From Trypanosoma brucei (taxonomy: Eukaryota), in the NCBI GenBank assembly GCA_000002445.1, contig CM000207.1, positions 672,001 to 736,000 of the forward strand: a DNA stretch of 64,000 nucleotides, read 5' to 3'. Shown here piece by piece: positions 1-10,481 of this stretch. Each line of letters begins with the position of its first letter. Positions within the stretch are counted from its first letter, which is position 1. Below the pieces are notes generated by a model. It saw only the letters and a list, made by a program, of their open reading frames with translations. It was not told the origin of the DNA and searched no databases. The position numbers and the translations under genes are program-made.

Positions 1-170
1 CCAGGGCCAGAGAGTCTATGGAATCGCTTACTGGCCAAGAACCCCCGGGTTCCGCCGTTTCCGGAGCGTCACTGGCGCAGGCGGAAACCACCGCCAGTGC
101 TGGAGATTTGGCGAATAAGAACTTGAACAAATTCGCGGTTGCTAGTGACAGTGACAGTGATTCTGACTAG
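1..170 (+). CDS. 3' end of an upstream CDS continuing off the window edge; C-terminus is ...ASDSDSDSD* with stop TAG at 168-170
   Basis: Frame open from position 3 to the TAG at 168-170 with no stops. Same strand as the rest of the array. Confidence 0.3.
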   Translation, partial: RARESMESLTGQEPPGSAVSGASLAQAETTASAGDLANKNLNKFAVASDSDSDSD

Positions 171-584
171 GCGCTGACGCTTCACCTAGTTAGCTTTCAC
201 TCGAACATGCTAAGAAAAAACTTTCGTTCTTCTGAGGAAGGCTTTATATACATCCATATATATATATATGTACTTGCGTCCGTCTCTGGTATGGAAAATG
301 GCCAAAGGGCAGCAACATAGATTATTTTGTTTGTTGGTGAAGCTGTGTCTGCACCAAGATCCGCGGACCGGCACCCCAACGGTGTGGAATAAGAGAAAGT
401 ACGATTATATGCGATGAGTTTTACTTAAAATTAGGTAAATCCTTGCTTGACTAACTTGATTGTTCAAAAAGTTATCTTCCCATCGTCACATGTATAGATG
501 CGTCACTGTCACATGTCCTTCGCTTACTGTTTCTGCCCTTTTTCTGCCCATCGCTCTGCCTCATCTCAAGGTTACACACGCCTA

Positions 585-1139
585 ATGCGGCGACTGAGCG
601 GTTCGACGTGTCTTTTAACGGGAGTGACGCGCGCAGGGAGGTGGCTTCCCACGACAGCGCCATGTCTGTCACTCTGCTCCTTCTTCTTAACGGCTTCCCG
701 ACGAAAGCAAAGCACCTCCGGCATTGGTGGTGACGTGCGCGACATCGAAGAAACTCACCCCGACTTCCAGCCGCGTCTTGTCAGTGCAGACCTTGCGGAG
801 GACGAAATAGCAATGGTTAAGAAAGACATCGACGACACAATAAAATCGGAGGATGTTGTTACATTTATAAAGGGCCTACCCGAGGCCCCCATGTGTGCCT
901 ATTCGAAGCGTATGATTGATGTGTTGGAGGCACTCGGACTAGAGTACACGTCTTTCGATGTACTCGCCCATCCGGTTGTACGCAGTTATGTGAAGGAGGT
1001 GAGCGAGTGGCCGACCATACCGCAATTGTTTATAAAAGCTGAATTTGTGGGGGGCTTGGATATTGTCACGAAGATGCTGGAGAGCGGTGACCTTAAAAAG
1101 ATGCTGCGGGATAAGGGAATCACTTGTCGGGACCTGTAA
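585..1139 (+). CDS. 1-C-Grx1: Monothiol (1-Cys) glutaredoxin with CAYS active site, probably mitochondrial; ORF opens at ATG 498, and ATG 585 gives a 184-aa product with a basic N-terminal presequence
   Basis: C-terminal half has a Grx fold: KSEDVVTFIKGLPEAPMCAYSKRMIDVL...WPTIPQLFIKAEFVGGLDIV. CAYS is the active-site motif reported for trypanosome 1-C-Grx1. The N-terminus is Arg/Ser-rich. Confidence 0.7.
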   Translation: MRRLSGSTCLLTGVTRAGRWLPTTAPCLSLCSFFLTASRRKQSTSGIGGDVRDIEETHPDFQPRLVSADLAEDEIAMVKKDIDDTIKSEDVVTFIKGLPEAPMCAYSKRMIDVLEALGLEYTSFDVLAHPVVRSYVKEVSEWPTIPQLFIKAEFVGGLDIVTKMLESGDLKKMLRDKGITCRDL

Positions 1140-1523
1140 GCCGCAGCTGGGGCAGGGAAGCAAAGCAGTGTATTGAATTGGATCGGAAGAACTGAAGGGG
1201 AAAAATACGGAGACGAGCGTACGTGTAACAGTAGGAGAGGGAAATGAGGAAAAATGGGAGCGAATACACGCGGGGTGTGTAACAGAAAGCTACCCTTTCT
1301 GCATGGTATTATCAATACTTTTTCATCGGGATCCGTACATCTTCTCATCGTTGAAGGAACTGCCGTTTGCGCAGGCCTTGTTCGCGCTCCTCTCCATCAA
1401 CTCAGCCGTACTGGTGGGTTGAAGTAACCGCATATTTCTCACGTGTGTAGCAATGTGTTGAGTCTGTTCCCACTTTAATGCGTCACGTGGCATCACGGTG
1501 GTTTTCCTTTGTGTGTGTGTGGT

Positions 1524-1547
1524 TCTCTCTCTCTCTCTCTCTCGACC
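1524..1547. repeat. (CT)n microsatellite
   Basis: ttctctctctctctctctctcgacc. Confidence 0.9.
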
Positions 1548-1616
1548 TCCCCATCCGGTCTGAGCACTTGTACCCTCGGAGGGTTGCAGCAGAAAAGAGG
1601 AGCGCGGGAGGCAGTC

Positions 1617-2543
1617 ATGAGCAACAAGGCATTCCTAACAACTAATTTAGTTGGTGGACTTGGAAACCAGCTTTTTCTTGTTGCCAATCTATTAGCCACG
1701 GCCCGTCGAAACGGTCTGACAGCTGTACTGCCGCGGATGAGCTTTAGCAGTAGCAACGAGCAACCACGACCTGTGTACTGGCAATCAGTGTTTGCTAACC
1801 TTGAGTCGTACGGCGTAGGACATGATCTTCCAACAGGCGTCCCTGAAGTAATTGTGCCAGAGCAGCGGCCGGCTGCAGCCGTGACGCTTGATGCATCTAG
1901 GCAATGTGTGTATAACATGGTGGGTTTTTTTCAGTCAGAAACGTTCTTTGCCGATCATCCTGTCGTGAGCGAAGTGATATCTCCAGAGATGCGACGGACG
2001 TCGATGAGGCACATGTGGGAAAACTACAACAACGGGTACAAGGATCCTAGCCTAGCGCACTATGTTGGACTGCACATTCGGCGTGGAGATTATCTACGTT
2101 TGCGTGATGTGTTTGAAATTCTGGAAGTGGACTATTATGATGCTGCTGTGCGGCAGCTTCTGGGTTGCGCTCTGCACCAGCGGTCTCCGGGTCATCGTAG
2201 TACACATCTCCTTGTGTTCTGCGAGGAGGAAGAAAGACGGTACGGCGCTTCGGTTGTTGGATATTTCCGAAGCAAATACGAGGGGTTGGAGGTTTCTCTT
2301 GTTTCTCCCACCAAAGAGCATGTGAAGTTTCCTTGTGATGCTCAGATGCCCCGTGAGGTACTAGAGTTGTTGATGCTATCGAGTTGTGACGATGTTATCA
2401 TGGCAAATTCATCGTGGTCCTGGTGGGCAGCGTATTTGAATAGCAGACCGGTGCGGCGCGTGGTGGCACCGTCCCGTTGGTTTGTTCAGCACCCTTACCC
2501 CCAGTCAAACCATATGTACTGTAACGACTGGATCCTCCTGTAG
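1617..2543 (+). CDS. FUT1: GT11-family alpha-1,2-fucosyltransferase (FUT1-like)
   Basis: N-terminal GGLGNQLF motif, the GT11 donor-binding signature, and overall length about 308 aa. The track start at 1509 is TTG inside a (TG)n/(CT)n repeat; the first ATG is at 1617 (MSNKAF...). Confidence 0.65.
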   Translation: MSNKAFLTTNLVGGLGNQLFLVANLLATARRNGLTAVLPRMSFSSSNEQPRPVYWQSVFANLESYGVGHDLPTGVPEVIVPEQRPAAAVTLDASRQCVYNMVGFFQSETFFADHPVVSEVISPEMRRTSMRHMWENYNNGYKDPSLAHYVGLHIRRGDYLRLRDVFEILEVDYYDAAVRQLLGCALHQRSPGHRSTHLLVFCEEEERRYGASVVGYFRSKYEGLEVSLVSPTKEHVKFPCDAQMPREVLELLMLSSCDDVIMANSSWSWWAAYLNSRPVRRVVAPSRWFVQHPYPQSNHMYCNDWILL

Positions 2544-2740
2544 CGCTGCGTTTGTACGGCAGACACTAACAATACCACGCGGATGAGCAACGGAGGATAT
2601 CACGTGAGATGCTGCGTTTGCCAAGGGTCTGCTCGCCGGTAGAAAGTGGCTGAATTTGCATCAAGTTCGGTCTGCCTACATCCACGATTCATCGTGAGAT
2701 ACTTTGTGCGGGGAAACGTTTATGTGGTTCAGTAGTAAGA

Positions 2741-2775
2741 TAATGTGTGTGTGTGTGGGGGGGGGGTTGTGTGGC
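2741..2775. repeat. (TG)n followed by G homopolymer
   Basis: gtgtgtgtgtgtgtggggggggg. Confidence 0.9.
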
Positions 2776-2890
2776 CGTAACGATTCGCTCCTACATTAAC
2801 TTTGCCCCGTTTTGCAATTATTTTGTGGGGAAAAGATTGGACGGACGCAAATGGCCTTATACTTAGTGTGTATGCCGCAATTTGTTTTAC

Positions 2891-2916
2891 CTGTGTGTGT
2901 GTGTGTGTGTGTGTGT
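2891..2916. repeat. (TG)13 microsatellite
   Basis: ctgtgtgtgtgtgtgtgtgtgtgtgtac. Confidence 0.9.
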
Positions 2917-2989
2917 ACTGTTATTTGCCTGTATTACTCTTCTTCCCTTCAGTTGCCTTCGCTCGGCGCCTTCCTTAGATATAATTCCA

Positions 2990-3685
2990 ATGACACCTGC
3001 TGTAGTTTCGATGCGAGAGAAAAATAACGGCCTGCTCCTTTCCTTTGCGGTCACCGCGATGGGAGTCGCGTGTTTGGTAAAGCTCTACAAGCGCTGCTTT
3101 GTTCGTGTTCCTCCTCATTGTGTTACCGTGGTGTATGAGACTCGGAGGAACTCTATTCTCGCATCGTCCATGGAGGAAGCAAATAATGAGCTTCCGCAAG
3201 TGTCACACTTCCGTCCATTGATGTATATAGTGAGTTTGCTGCTCTACAGGAGCAAGAAGTTAGTTATTGTGCCACCTACATCCTTCTTTAGCACCTTCAC
3301 ACTCCCGTGTAGCGTTCTTGATGAGTCAGGTGATGGAGAGGTGGTAGACTGCACGGTGGAGGACATTCACGTGACCGATGGGTCCGTGCGCATGGTCATG
3401 ACAATTCGCTACTGCATTCCTATCAATGAGTTGGAACGCTACCTCGCTGCAGTAGGGCCAACGGCGCCAAATGAGCGCATAGCCCTAGCTGCCGCAGGTG
3501 CTGCAAGGGCCAGGGGGGCCGAACTCTCCGTTGGCTTGATCATTAACAAATCCAAGCGCGATACCGCATTTTTAGAGCCCTTTCGGGCGCACCTCTCGTC
3601 CAAGTTGATGTCCGAGTCGTGTGTGAAGGTGTTGGATGTCGTTGTAGAGGCTGCTGAGATCGCGGACCGGTCTTTGGGAGGATGA
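2990..3685 (+). CDS. Hypothetical protein (231 aa from first ATG)
   Basis: Long + strand ORF. The track start at 2882 is TTG inside a (TG)n microsatellite; the first ATG is at 2990. Confidence 0.4.
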   Translation: MTPAVVSMREKNNGLLLSFAVTAMGVACLVKLYKRCFVRVPPHCVTVVYETRRNSILASSMEEANNELPQVSHFRPLMYIVSLLLYRSKKLVIVPPTSFFSTFTLPCSVLDESGDGEVVDCTVEDIHVTDGSVRMVMTIRYCIPINELERYLAAVGPTAPNERIALAAAGAARARGAELSVGLIINKSKRDTAFLEPFRAHLSSKLMSESCVKVLDVVVEAAEIADRSLGG

Positions 3686-4272
3686 TATGCTTGAGGATGC
3701 CTTCCTTCCTTTTTTGTGCATTTGTGGCCAAATTTAAGCGCAGAAAGTGGGAAGGTGAAATATTTGTGAGTTGTTGCGTTGTGGATGTGCTTTTCTTGTC
3801 ATTCCAACTTATGTCATAACAAAGCCAATGCGCGCGCAAAGGGGAACATGGGGTTATGCGGACCGGGCAGGGCAGTGGCGACGCAATCGTCAGCCAATCA
3901 CAAACGATTTCGCATTTGGTGCAACGTGTTAGTTTGTGGGTAGGGAAATGCGTTAGCGATGACTCATACCGTACAAAATAGGGATGTTTTGCTTGGAGGG
4001 GAGAAACATATTGTCAGTTTTGCACCGTGTTACTTTGCTTACCGTTGATTCTCCTTCCACGAATACCCTGGCTTGTTCTCCCTCCGGGTGCACATTAACG
4101 CTCGCAGAGCCGGGAATTTCCTTAACTTGTAGGAGAGTGTTAATACTAGATTAATTAGTAACGGGAAGCTGTTTTCTACATCAGTGGCCACTGATATACC
4201 CCCCGAGCAGGCACGTACGGCGGTATACGCTATTAGGGTAGAAATACACACTCGTACGGTAGTCCGTTTGAG

Positions 4273-5934
4273 ATGGCCGCGTCGCAGGTAGAACTTGTTG
4301 CGAACCCCTCATCCGATGTCAGCACGTATCGCTGGGTCGTCGATACCGTTGGGCACCTCAACCGCAAGAATAAAATGACATCTCTCCCCTTCTGGATGCC
4401 GAACTACATAACGAAGGAGCACCAGTTCCGCCTCATACTTATTCGTGGCGTGGTTTTAAGGGAACATGCAAGGGACGACCCCATTGGGGTGATGCTCGAG
4501 CTAATCCCACCGCCCACCGGCACCGACGTCGCGTTCCCTGGTGGCTGTGTAGTGACCGCCAGTCTTGTGAATCGTGTGCATGATGATGGTACCCATAACA
4601 TAGAGGCGACGGAAACCGTTGAAATTGCCCCCGATAACCTGCAAGTGTTCTTTCCGGAGCTCATCCCCGCCTCCGCCCTACAAGACCCTGAATTCGCGGA
4701 AGGAGAAGGTCCTACATTGCTCATTGAAGTGACGATTCAAACGGGTGTTAACGTAACTTTCGAAAGGGTGAATCAAACAGTGACCTCGGTGTGGTCAAGG
4801 ATATCGAGTTCCGTGAGCAAACTGGTTGAGCGGGCGGCCCATGCCCTTGGTGAGACGCGGGAGGAATATGGTGTGTGTGAGGCAGCGCAGGGGCATCGCA
4901 AGTTACCCTGGGAAGATGTGCCAAAGGGATGGGAAGAAAAGGAGGATGAGTGGCGGCACCTTGTTACAAAGCTTATAGTTGAGGATGAAGGAACGTTTCG
5001 ATACGGGCCAAACAGAGGGTTTTCCAAGGACGAACAAGCGCTGCTGGTTCAGTGCGGTCTCAACCAACGCTCCATCGCAGATGCCCGTGCCATCTTTGAT
5101 TACAACCGTGATGTGCATGAAGGGCTTCTGGCTGTTCCGGAAATTCGACAACAGCGCTACAACCTCGTTCCGGGAAAGTTGAAAGATGAAGTTTTTTGGG
5201 CAAATTATTTTTGGAAGGTAGCTGTTCTCGGCTACTGCACCAATGACGAGCAGGTTCGACTCCTTCTCACAGTGCTAAACGCACCTCCAGCAGTTCAACC
5301 GCGCGATATATCTTCCATCCGTTTGGTTGACGAGGAAACCGTTCTATTCCACGTAAGTGACGCACAAGAGGCAGCTGACATGCTCGTTGAATATCTCACT
5401 GATGATGCACCAGACGGTGACATGTTGCTTGAGGCGGCGGCTGAAGCATGCGAGGGGCATGCAAGACAATTGGAAGGCTACTTTAAGCGAACTGACCTGT
5501 CGGAGTCGACGCTCAAAGTTATAGGTGTTTTGTTGAAGCGATTACGGGACCGGCTCACAGCCTACAGGGAGCGAAATGTCAACCGAGGCCTACTGGGGGA
5601 AAATGGTGTTATGTTGCCCACCCGTGACTTGAGCAGGGAAAATTATGACTGCCAGGTGTCGGTAAAAAGTATTCAGCCTCATGAAGAACATCTGGTAGCG
5701 CGGGCAAGCAGCCCCCTCAAGCAACCGCACAAGGAGGGTGAGGCCGACAAGCCCGAAGACATAGCTTCTTCCTCCATAGTTGAGTCGGTGGTTAAGGAGG
5801 CAGAAAGAATCGGTCATACTTTGGGTGTCAAGCAAACGGGTGCAACCATTGGTAACCAAAGTGGCGCCCGCGTAACCTCGGGACTGGAGTTTCCGAAAAT
5901 GCCCTGGGAGGAGGAAGACGAGGTCGATGAGTGA
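4273..5934 (+). CDS. Hypothetical protein with probable BSD domain, 553 aa
   Basis: ATG start. DEVFWANYFWKVAVLGY matches the FW..YF core of BSD domains. The C-terminus is acidic. Confidence 0.55.
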   Translation: MAASQVELVANPSSDVSTYRWVVDTVGHLNRKNKMTSLPFWMPNYITKEHQFRLILIRGVVLREHARDDPIGVMLELIPPPTGTDVAFPGGCVVTASLVNRVHDDGTHNIEATETVEIAPDNLQVFFPELIPASALQDPEFAEGEGPTLLIEVTIQTGVNVTFERVNQTVTSVWSRISSSVSKLVERAAHALGETREEYGVCEAAQGHRKLPWEDVPKGWEEKEDEWRHLVTKLIVEDEGTFRYGPNRGFSKDEQALLVQCGLNQRSIADARAIFDYNRDVHEGLLAVPEIRQQRYNLVPGKLKDEVFWANYFWKVAVLGYCTNDEQVRLLLTVLNAPPAVQPRDISSIRLVDEETVLFHVSDAQEAADMLVEYLTDDAPDGDMLLEAAAEACEGHARQLEGYFKRTDLSESTLKVIGVLLKRLRDRLTAYRERNVNRGLLGENGVMLPTRDLSRENYDCQVSVKSIQPHEEHLVARASSPLKQPHKEGEADKPEDIASSSIVESVVKEAERIGHTLGVKQTGATIGNQSGARVTSGLEFPKMPWEEEDEVDE

Positions 5935-6460
5935 AGCATGCGTGACGCATACCGGCTTGTGGACGCTGATCGATGGATCTAACGGTGGGAAGACGGGGTC
6001 ATCTTTACGTGTACCCGTCTATTCTTTTTTGCTTCCACAATGCTTGCATTCCATGGGTCTTTAGCGTGCCAATTTCTGCAAACCACTCAACAATATTTCC
6101 CAACGAGTGCTACGTATCATTCGTTTCGAATATGTTGGGTACGTCCAAGAGTATTCCCCCCTAGTTCTCCTATCCCCCACCCAATCCTGCGACTCTCAAC
6201 TTGATCATCACCGCAACTGTTAACACGTAGATCGTCCCACAGGTATTGGTTGTGATGATGGTGCTGGGAGAGTTGCAGCGAAGGAAGATGCAGAGAAACC
6301 TGCTCCGTCAAAAAGAAACAGGACTGACAGTTTGTGGCGAGTGTCCCTTGATCGTCTGTATCGCACTTAACACCATGCGCTCACGCTGCTCATTGCCCCT
6401 TTTCCAACACTTCCTTTGTTTCAATATAACTCAATTTCGCACGTGTGTGGTGGTAGAAGA

Positions 6461-7057
6461 ATGCGACGCCTGGGCGTGTTTTGCCGTGGGCAGCGGAACT
6501 CTCCATTGCTTACGCGCGGCATCGCTACAGGTGGGCGCGTGACTAATGAGGACCGGCGCTGGTGGCTTGTACACCTTGAATGTGCGCCCGATGTAACGCC
6601 TGGCACCTTCATCGCATGGCTTGACTGCTGTGGAACTCATACGTGCAAGAAGCTAATCGAGCGAAATATATGGACCATTGAGCAGGTCGCCGCACTAGAC
6701 TCTGATCAGGTCGATGAACTGAAGTATAGAGAAGGTTGCCTCAAAATGGATGTGGTGTGGGAGCACGCCCGTACAATTATTACACCGCTCCGACAACGCG
6801 AGGTTACTGGAGGTGTGGAATCGGAATTGCAGGGCCGAATCATGGAACTGCGCAAGAAGCGGGAGCTGGAGCGACGGCGAGAGGAGATTCTGAAGGAGCG
6901 TGCAAACGTCTCAGAGCAACGGGAAGAGACACTCAGGAAGTTGCGCGAGGCGATCGCAGCGAAGAAGGCTGCTATGCTGCAGAAAAAGCAGGCGGCGTCG
7001 GAGGCATATGGTGGAAGTAGCGACGGTGGCGCCAGGAAAGAGGGGGCTGAAGAGTAA
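6461..7057 (+). CDS. Hypothetical coiled-coil protein (198 aa from first ATG)
   Basis: Track start at 6416 is TTG; first ATG at 6461. The C-terminus is a charged heptad-like stretch (ELRKKRELERRREEILKERANVSEQREETLRKLREAIAAKKAAMLQKK). Confidence 0.35.
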   Translation: MRRLGVFCRGQRNSPLLTRGIATGGRVTNEDRRWWLVHLECAPDVTPGTFIAWLDCCGTHTCKKLIERNIWTIEQVAALDSDQVDELKYREGCLKMDVVWEHARTIITPLRQREVTGGVESELQGRIMELRKKRELERRREEILKERANVSEQREETLRKLREAIAAKKAAMLQKKQAASEAYGGSSDGGARKEGAEE

Positions 7058-7870
7058 CCACCCTGTTGCGCATGTTTGGAGTTTGTGAATGGCTGTAAAT
7101 TGTTATCTGTCGAAAGAGTACGCGTCTGGGTGTATCCTAATACACTTTCACAGTTTACAGCTGTGTGGAGTGGAGTGACCAGAAGAAGACTTTGCAAGAA
7201 TAATGATGAGATGAGTGGAGGTGGGGTGTGGCGTCGATGCCTACCCCGGGGCAAACGTGTGACTCAATAATCGTATTAACTGCGTGCTATCATCATACGA
7301 GAGTTTACCATTTGACTGGAAGTGTGGGAGTTGGCGATTCCACCGATGCTTTGGTACTACAGCAGGACTTGCATGATAAAATGTCCTTGAATCTGACGAA
7401 GCTAATGAACTATGTGAGGAATGACTATCACACCAAAGAAAACTAAGGCTGCGGGACACCGTAGGGGATTCAGGCGTTTCTTTTTTAAATAACAATCTGA
7501 GATTTTGCCTCGCGCCGCTTCCCTTCTATCCATGTGTCTGACACGTAACGGACCCTGTGGTGGATTTTTACTGTAATGCTTTAGTTCTTTTATTCTGTGG
7601 GCGGGTTCTATTGAGCGTTAGCATTTATGAAACACTTCGCTTGTTGGGTGTGAACAAATGGTTCAGCGTCGAAAGCGGGCTGCTTCGATATCTGACAGGT
7701 AAGGAGGGGAGAAGATGCTCGGCCCTCCGTTGGTTACATGGGATGTTGTTGCAGCAGTTTGGTGTTTAGAAATATATGTCGCAGTCTCAAAATAACAAGG
7801 ACATACACACATATATGTATATTTATACGCAGCTACTTCACTTGTTTTGATCTATAGGTAGTTGGAAAGG

Positions 7871-9946
7871 ATGGCGAAGTGGGAATTAAAGCTGGTGAGT
7901 TTGCTCGAGCAGCACTCGCTTGGGCACCTCGCCGGGAAGTTCATGGATTCCGGTATTACTTGTGAAGAGTTCGTAGCCCTGCAGCACGAGCAGTACGGTG
8001 CGTATGGTGTTAGTAGCGATGAGGATACGGTGAATTTGTATCACGCCATAAAGAAGCTGCGCGGGGAGCCGGCTGTCGGTTCGGACTCGTTACAATCGGA
8101 GGAAGAGTCGCTTCTTGTGCCGCCCATATTACCCAGCACCTCGCTTCCGCCTCCGATGGAAGCAGCAACGGCGACAGGCGCGGTTGGCGACTCAGATGAT
8201 ATTCTAGACGAGAAAGTGAAGGAGCGTCAGTACACAACACGTGGCACCACGCTTCTGATGCGAACAGATGACAGCCGGGAGGTTAAACGGCGTAAAAGCC
8301 GCATCGTGGTTGCTGTGCGCAAGCGGCCCATCAGCCAGTGCGAGCAGCAGCGCGGATTCACGGACGTCATGACGACAAACGACTGTGATGAGCTCGTGCT
8401 CGCGGAGACGCGGCAAAAAGTTGACCTCACGCGGTATACCCATGCACATCGGTTCTTCTTTGATGAGGTGTTCGCCGAAACGGCGAGCAATACTGACGTA
8501 TACAAACGCACGGCGGCAGCGCTTATTGACACGGTCTTCGAGGGTGGGTACGCAACGTGCTTTGCCTATGGGCAAACAGGTAGTGGAAAGACGCACACCA
8601 TGCTCGGTACCGGTGGCGAGCCTGGCATCTATGCTCTTGCAGCAAAGGAAATGTTGGCCCGTCTTGATCCCACGAAGCAGATGTTCGTGTCTTTCTACGA
8701 AATATACAGCGGGAAGTTGTATGACTTGCTTAACGGCCGGCAGCCACTGCGATGTCTGGAAGACGGGAAGCAAAACGTCAACATTTGCGGACTCACGGAA
8801 CACCCGCAGAGCAACGTGAAGAGCATCATGCGCCTCATTGAAGAGGGGACTCGTATCCGAAGTAGTGGGACCACAGGTGCCAACGATACCAGCTCCCGCT
8901 CGCACGCAATTCTTGAGGTGAAGTTGCGCAACCGGGGGGACAAGGAGCTCTTCGGTAAGTTTACTTTTATTGATCTCGCTGGGAGTGAGCGTGGGGCGGA
9001 CACGATGGACTGCGACAGACAAACACGGATTGAGGGAGCGCAGATCAACAAGAGCCTTCTAGCGCTCAAAGAATGTATTCGGTCCCTTGACTTGAACCAC
9101 AAACACGTGCCGTTTCGAGGCTCAAAGTTGACGGAGGTATTGCGCGATTCATTCGTCGGGAACTGCCGCACCGTGATGATTGGTGCTGTCTCACCGACGA
9201 GCAACAGCTGTGAACACACTCTCAATACGTTGCGGTACGCTGATCGTGTGAAGGAGTTAAAGAAAAGCCGTAGTGAAAGAAAGCCTCTAGAGGAAAATGA
9301 GCAATCTGAGTTCATTATGGAAAAGAAACAGACATCACCAGCTGCCCGTTTATCTTCGCATGGACGACTCTCCATTTCCCCGCAAGGTTCCTTGAACTTG
9401 GGATGTGTCTCTACTCATCAAAATACAAGCAACAAAGGCAATTCTGTCAATACAAGTTCCCCCAGCTTACCCAAGCGGCGTTCAGGTACCATGCGACCGA
9501 GTGGAATGTTGTGCGGGCGAAGCACCGAGCAGTTCATCAGCGAGAGTACATTCAAGCGATCACGCGAGGATGATGAAGGTAGGCAGAGCCAGCAACAACA
9601 GCAGCAGCAGGGGAAAGAAGAAGCTGGGCGAAAGAGCATTGACCTCGACCTTGGCAACCGGTATGATAAGGTAGTGGATGAGATTGTTCAGCTTGAACGT
9701 GAGTGCGTCAACACGCATCGTCTTTACCTTGATAAAGATATGGCACTGATAAAGGAGGAGTTCTCTCACATAATGTCGGTGGAGATGCCTGATTCTAACA
9801 TTGACACCTACGTGAATAATGTTCTAGATATACTTAGTGTGAAGCTGAAGGCAATTCATCACTTCCAGGGTCAAATGATGCGCCTGAGAGGATTACTTGA
9901 CGAAGAAGAGAAACTTTGTCAGCGTCTCGAGCAAAACGGGATTTAG
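7871..9946 (+). CDS. Kinesin-13 (MCAK-like microtubule depolymerase) with N-terminal SAM-like region and internal poly-Q
   Basis: Motor motifs are present: GQTGSGKTHTM P-loop, SSRSHAI switch I, DLAGSER switch II, and the kinesin-13 neck/KVDL motif (KVDLTRYTHAHRFFFDEVF). Track start at 7862 is TTG; first ATG at 7871. Confidence 0.85.
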   Translation: MAKWELKLVSLLEQHSLGHLAGKFMDSGITCEEFVALQHEQYGAYGVSSDEDTVNLYHAIKKLRGEPAVGSDSLQSEEESLLVPPILPSTSLPPPMEAATATGAVGDSDDILDEKVKERQYTTRGTTLLMRTDDSREVKRRKSRIVVAVRKRPISQCEQQRGFTDVMTTNDCDELVLAETRQKVDLTRYTHAHRFFFDEVFAETASNTDVYKRTAAALIDTVFEGGYATCFAYGQTGSGKTHTMLGTGGEPGIYALAAKEMLARLDPTKQMFVSFYEIYSGKLYDLLNGRQPLRCLEDGKQNVNICGLTEHPQSNVKSIMRLIEEGTRIRSSGTTGANDTSSRSHAILEVKLRNRGDKELFGKFTFIDLAGSERGADTMDCDRQTRIEGAQINKSLLALKECIRSLDLNHKHVPFRGSKLTEVLRDSFVGNCRTVMIGAVSPTSNSCEHTLNTLRYADRVKELKKSRSERKPLEENEQSEFIMEKKQTSPAARLSSHGRLSISPQGSLNLGCVSTHQNTSNKGNSVNTSSPSLPKRRSGTMRPSGMLCGRSTEQFISESTFKRSREDDEGRQSQQQQQQQGKEEAGRKSIDLDLGNRYDKVVDEIVQLERECVNTHRLYLDKDMALIKEEFSHIMSVEMPDSNIDTYVNNVLDILSVKLKAIHHFQGQMMRLRGLLDEEEKLCQRLEQNGI

Positions 9947-10481
9947 CACAGAAGCAGTGGGGGAGGGAAGAAAGGCAAACAAGAGAGGAACAGAAAATAA
10001 GAAAATACAGATATATTTATTTACTACTAGAGTCACAGCATGTCTCCCATGACCGTTTCTGCAGGAACTTAACTAAACTTGTGAGGGTCGACATTTGCCT
10101 GGAGGATGTGTGAGCGTTACGTTGCTTTGTTAGATTCACTCAACTTCTTTGCTTGGTGCAGTGTTGTTTTTTTTTGTACATCACTTCCTGCCTCTTCCGT
10201 TTCGCTCACAGAGGGAAACAAAAATAAGCATCGGCTCAGGTATAGTTGAGTATACCCTCGCGCATTCCCCTCTATTCTTTCTAACTGATCACTTCGCTAT
10301 TTTCCGTTTGAACGGCGTGCCGCGGCTTCCTCTTGACCTCTCCCTTTTTTGTCATCTCCCCCTTTTTTTGCGCGTGAGTGATTTGTTGACCGTGGTTTTT
10401 CCAACGGGGTGAGGGGAGGGAAATAATAAAGACGCCTTAGTGGTAAGGTAACAATAATTGTCGTGGTGGTATCATCGGCAA

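Noticed and set aside
8204-9022. 272-aa minus-strand ORF (and similar minus-strand ORFs at 14530-15072, 15537-16022, 54848-55771, 60981-61514, 30891-31337)
   Set aside because: Each lies entirely inside a long, well-supported + strand CDS (kinesin, 1366-aa gene, BRAP2-like, 1314-aa gene). They have no recognisable domains and compositionally biased translations. Trypanosomatid arrays are unidirectional, so these are antisense ORFs of GC-rich coding sequence.
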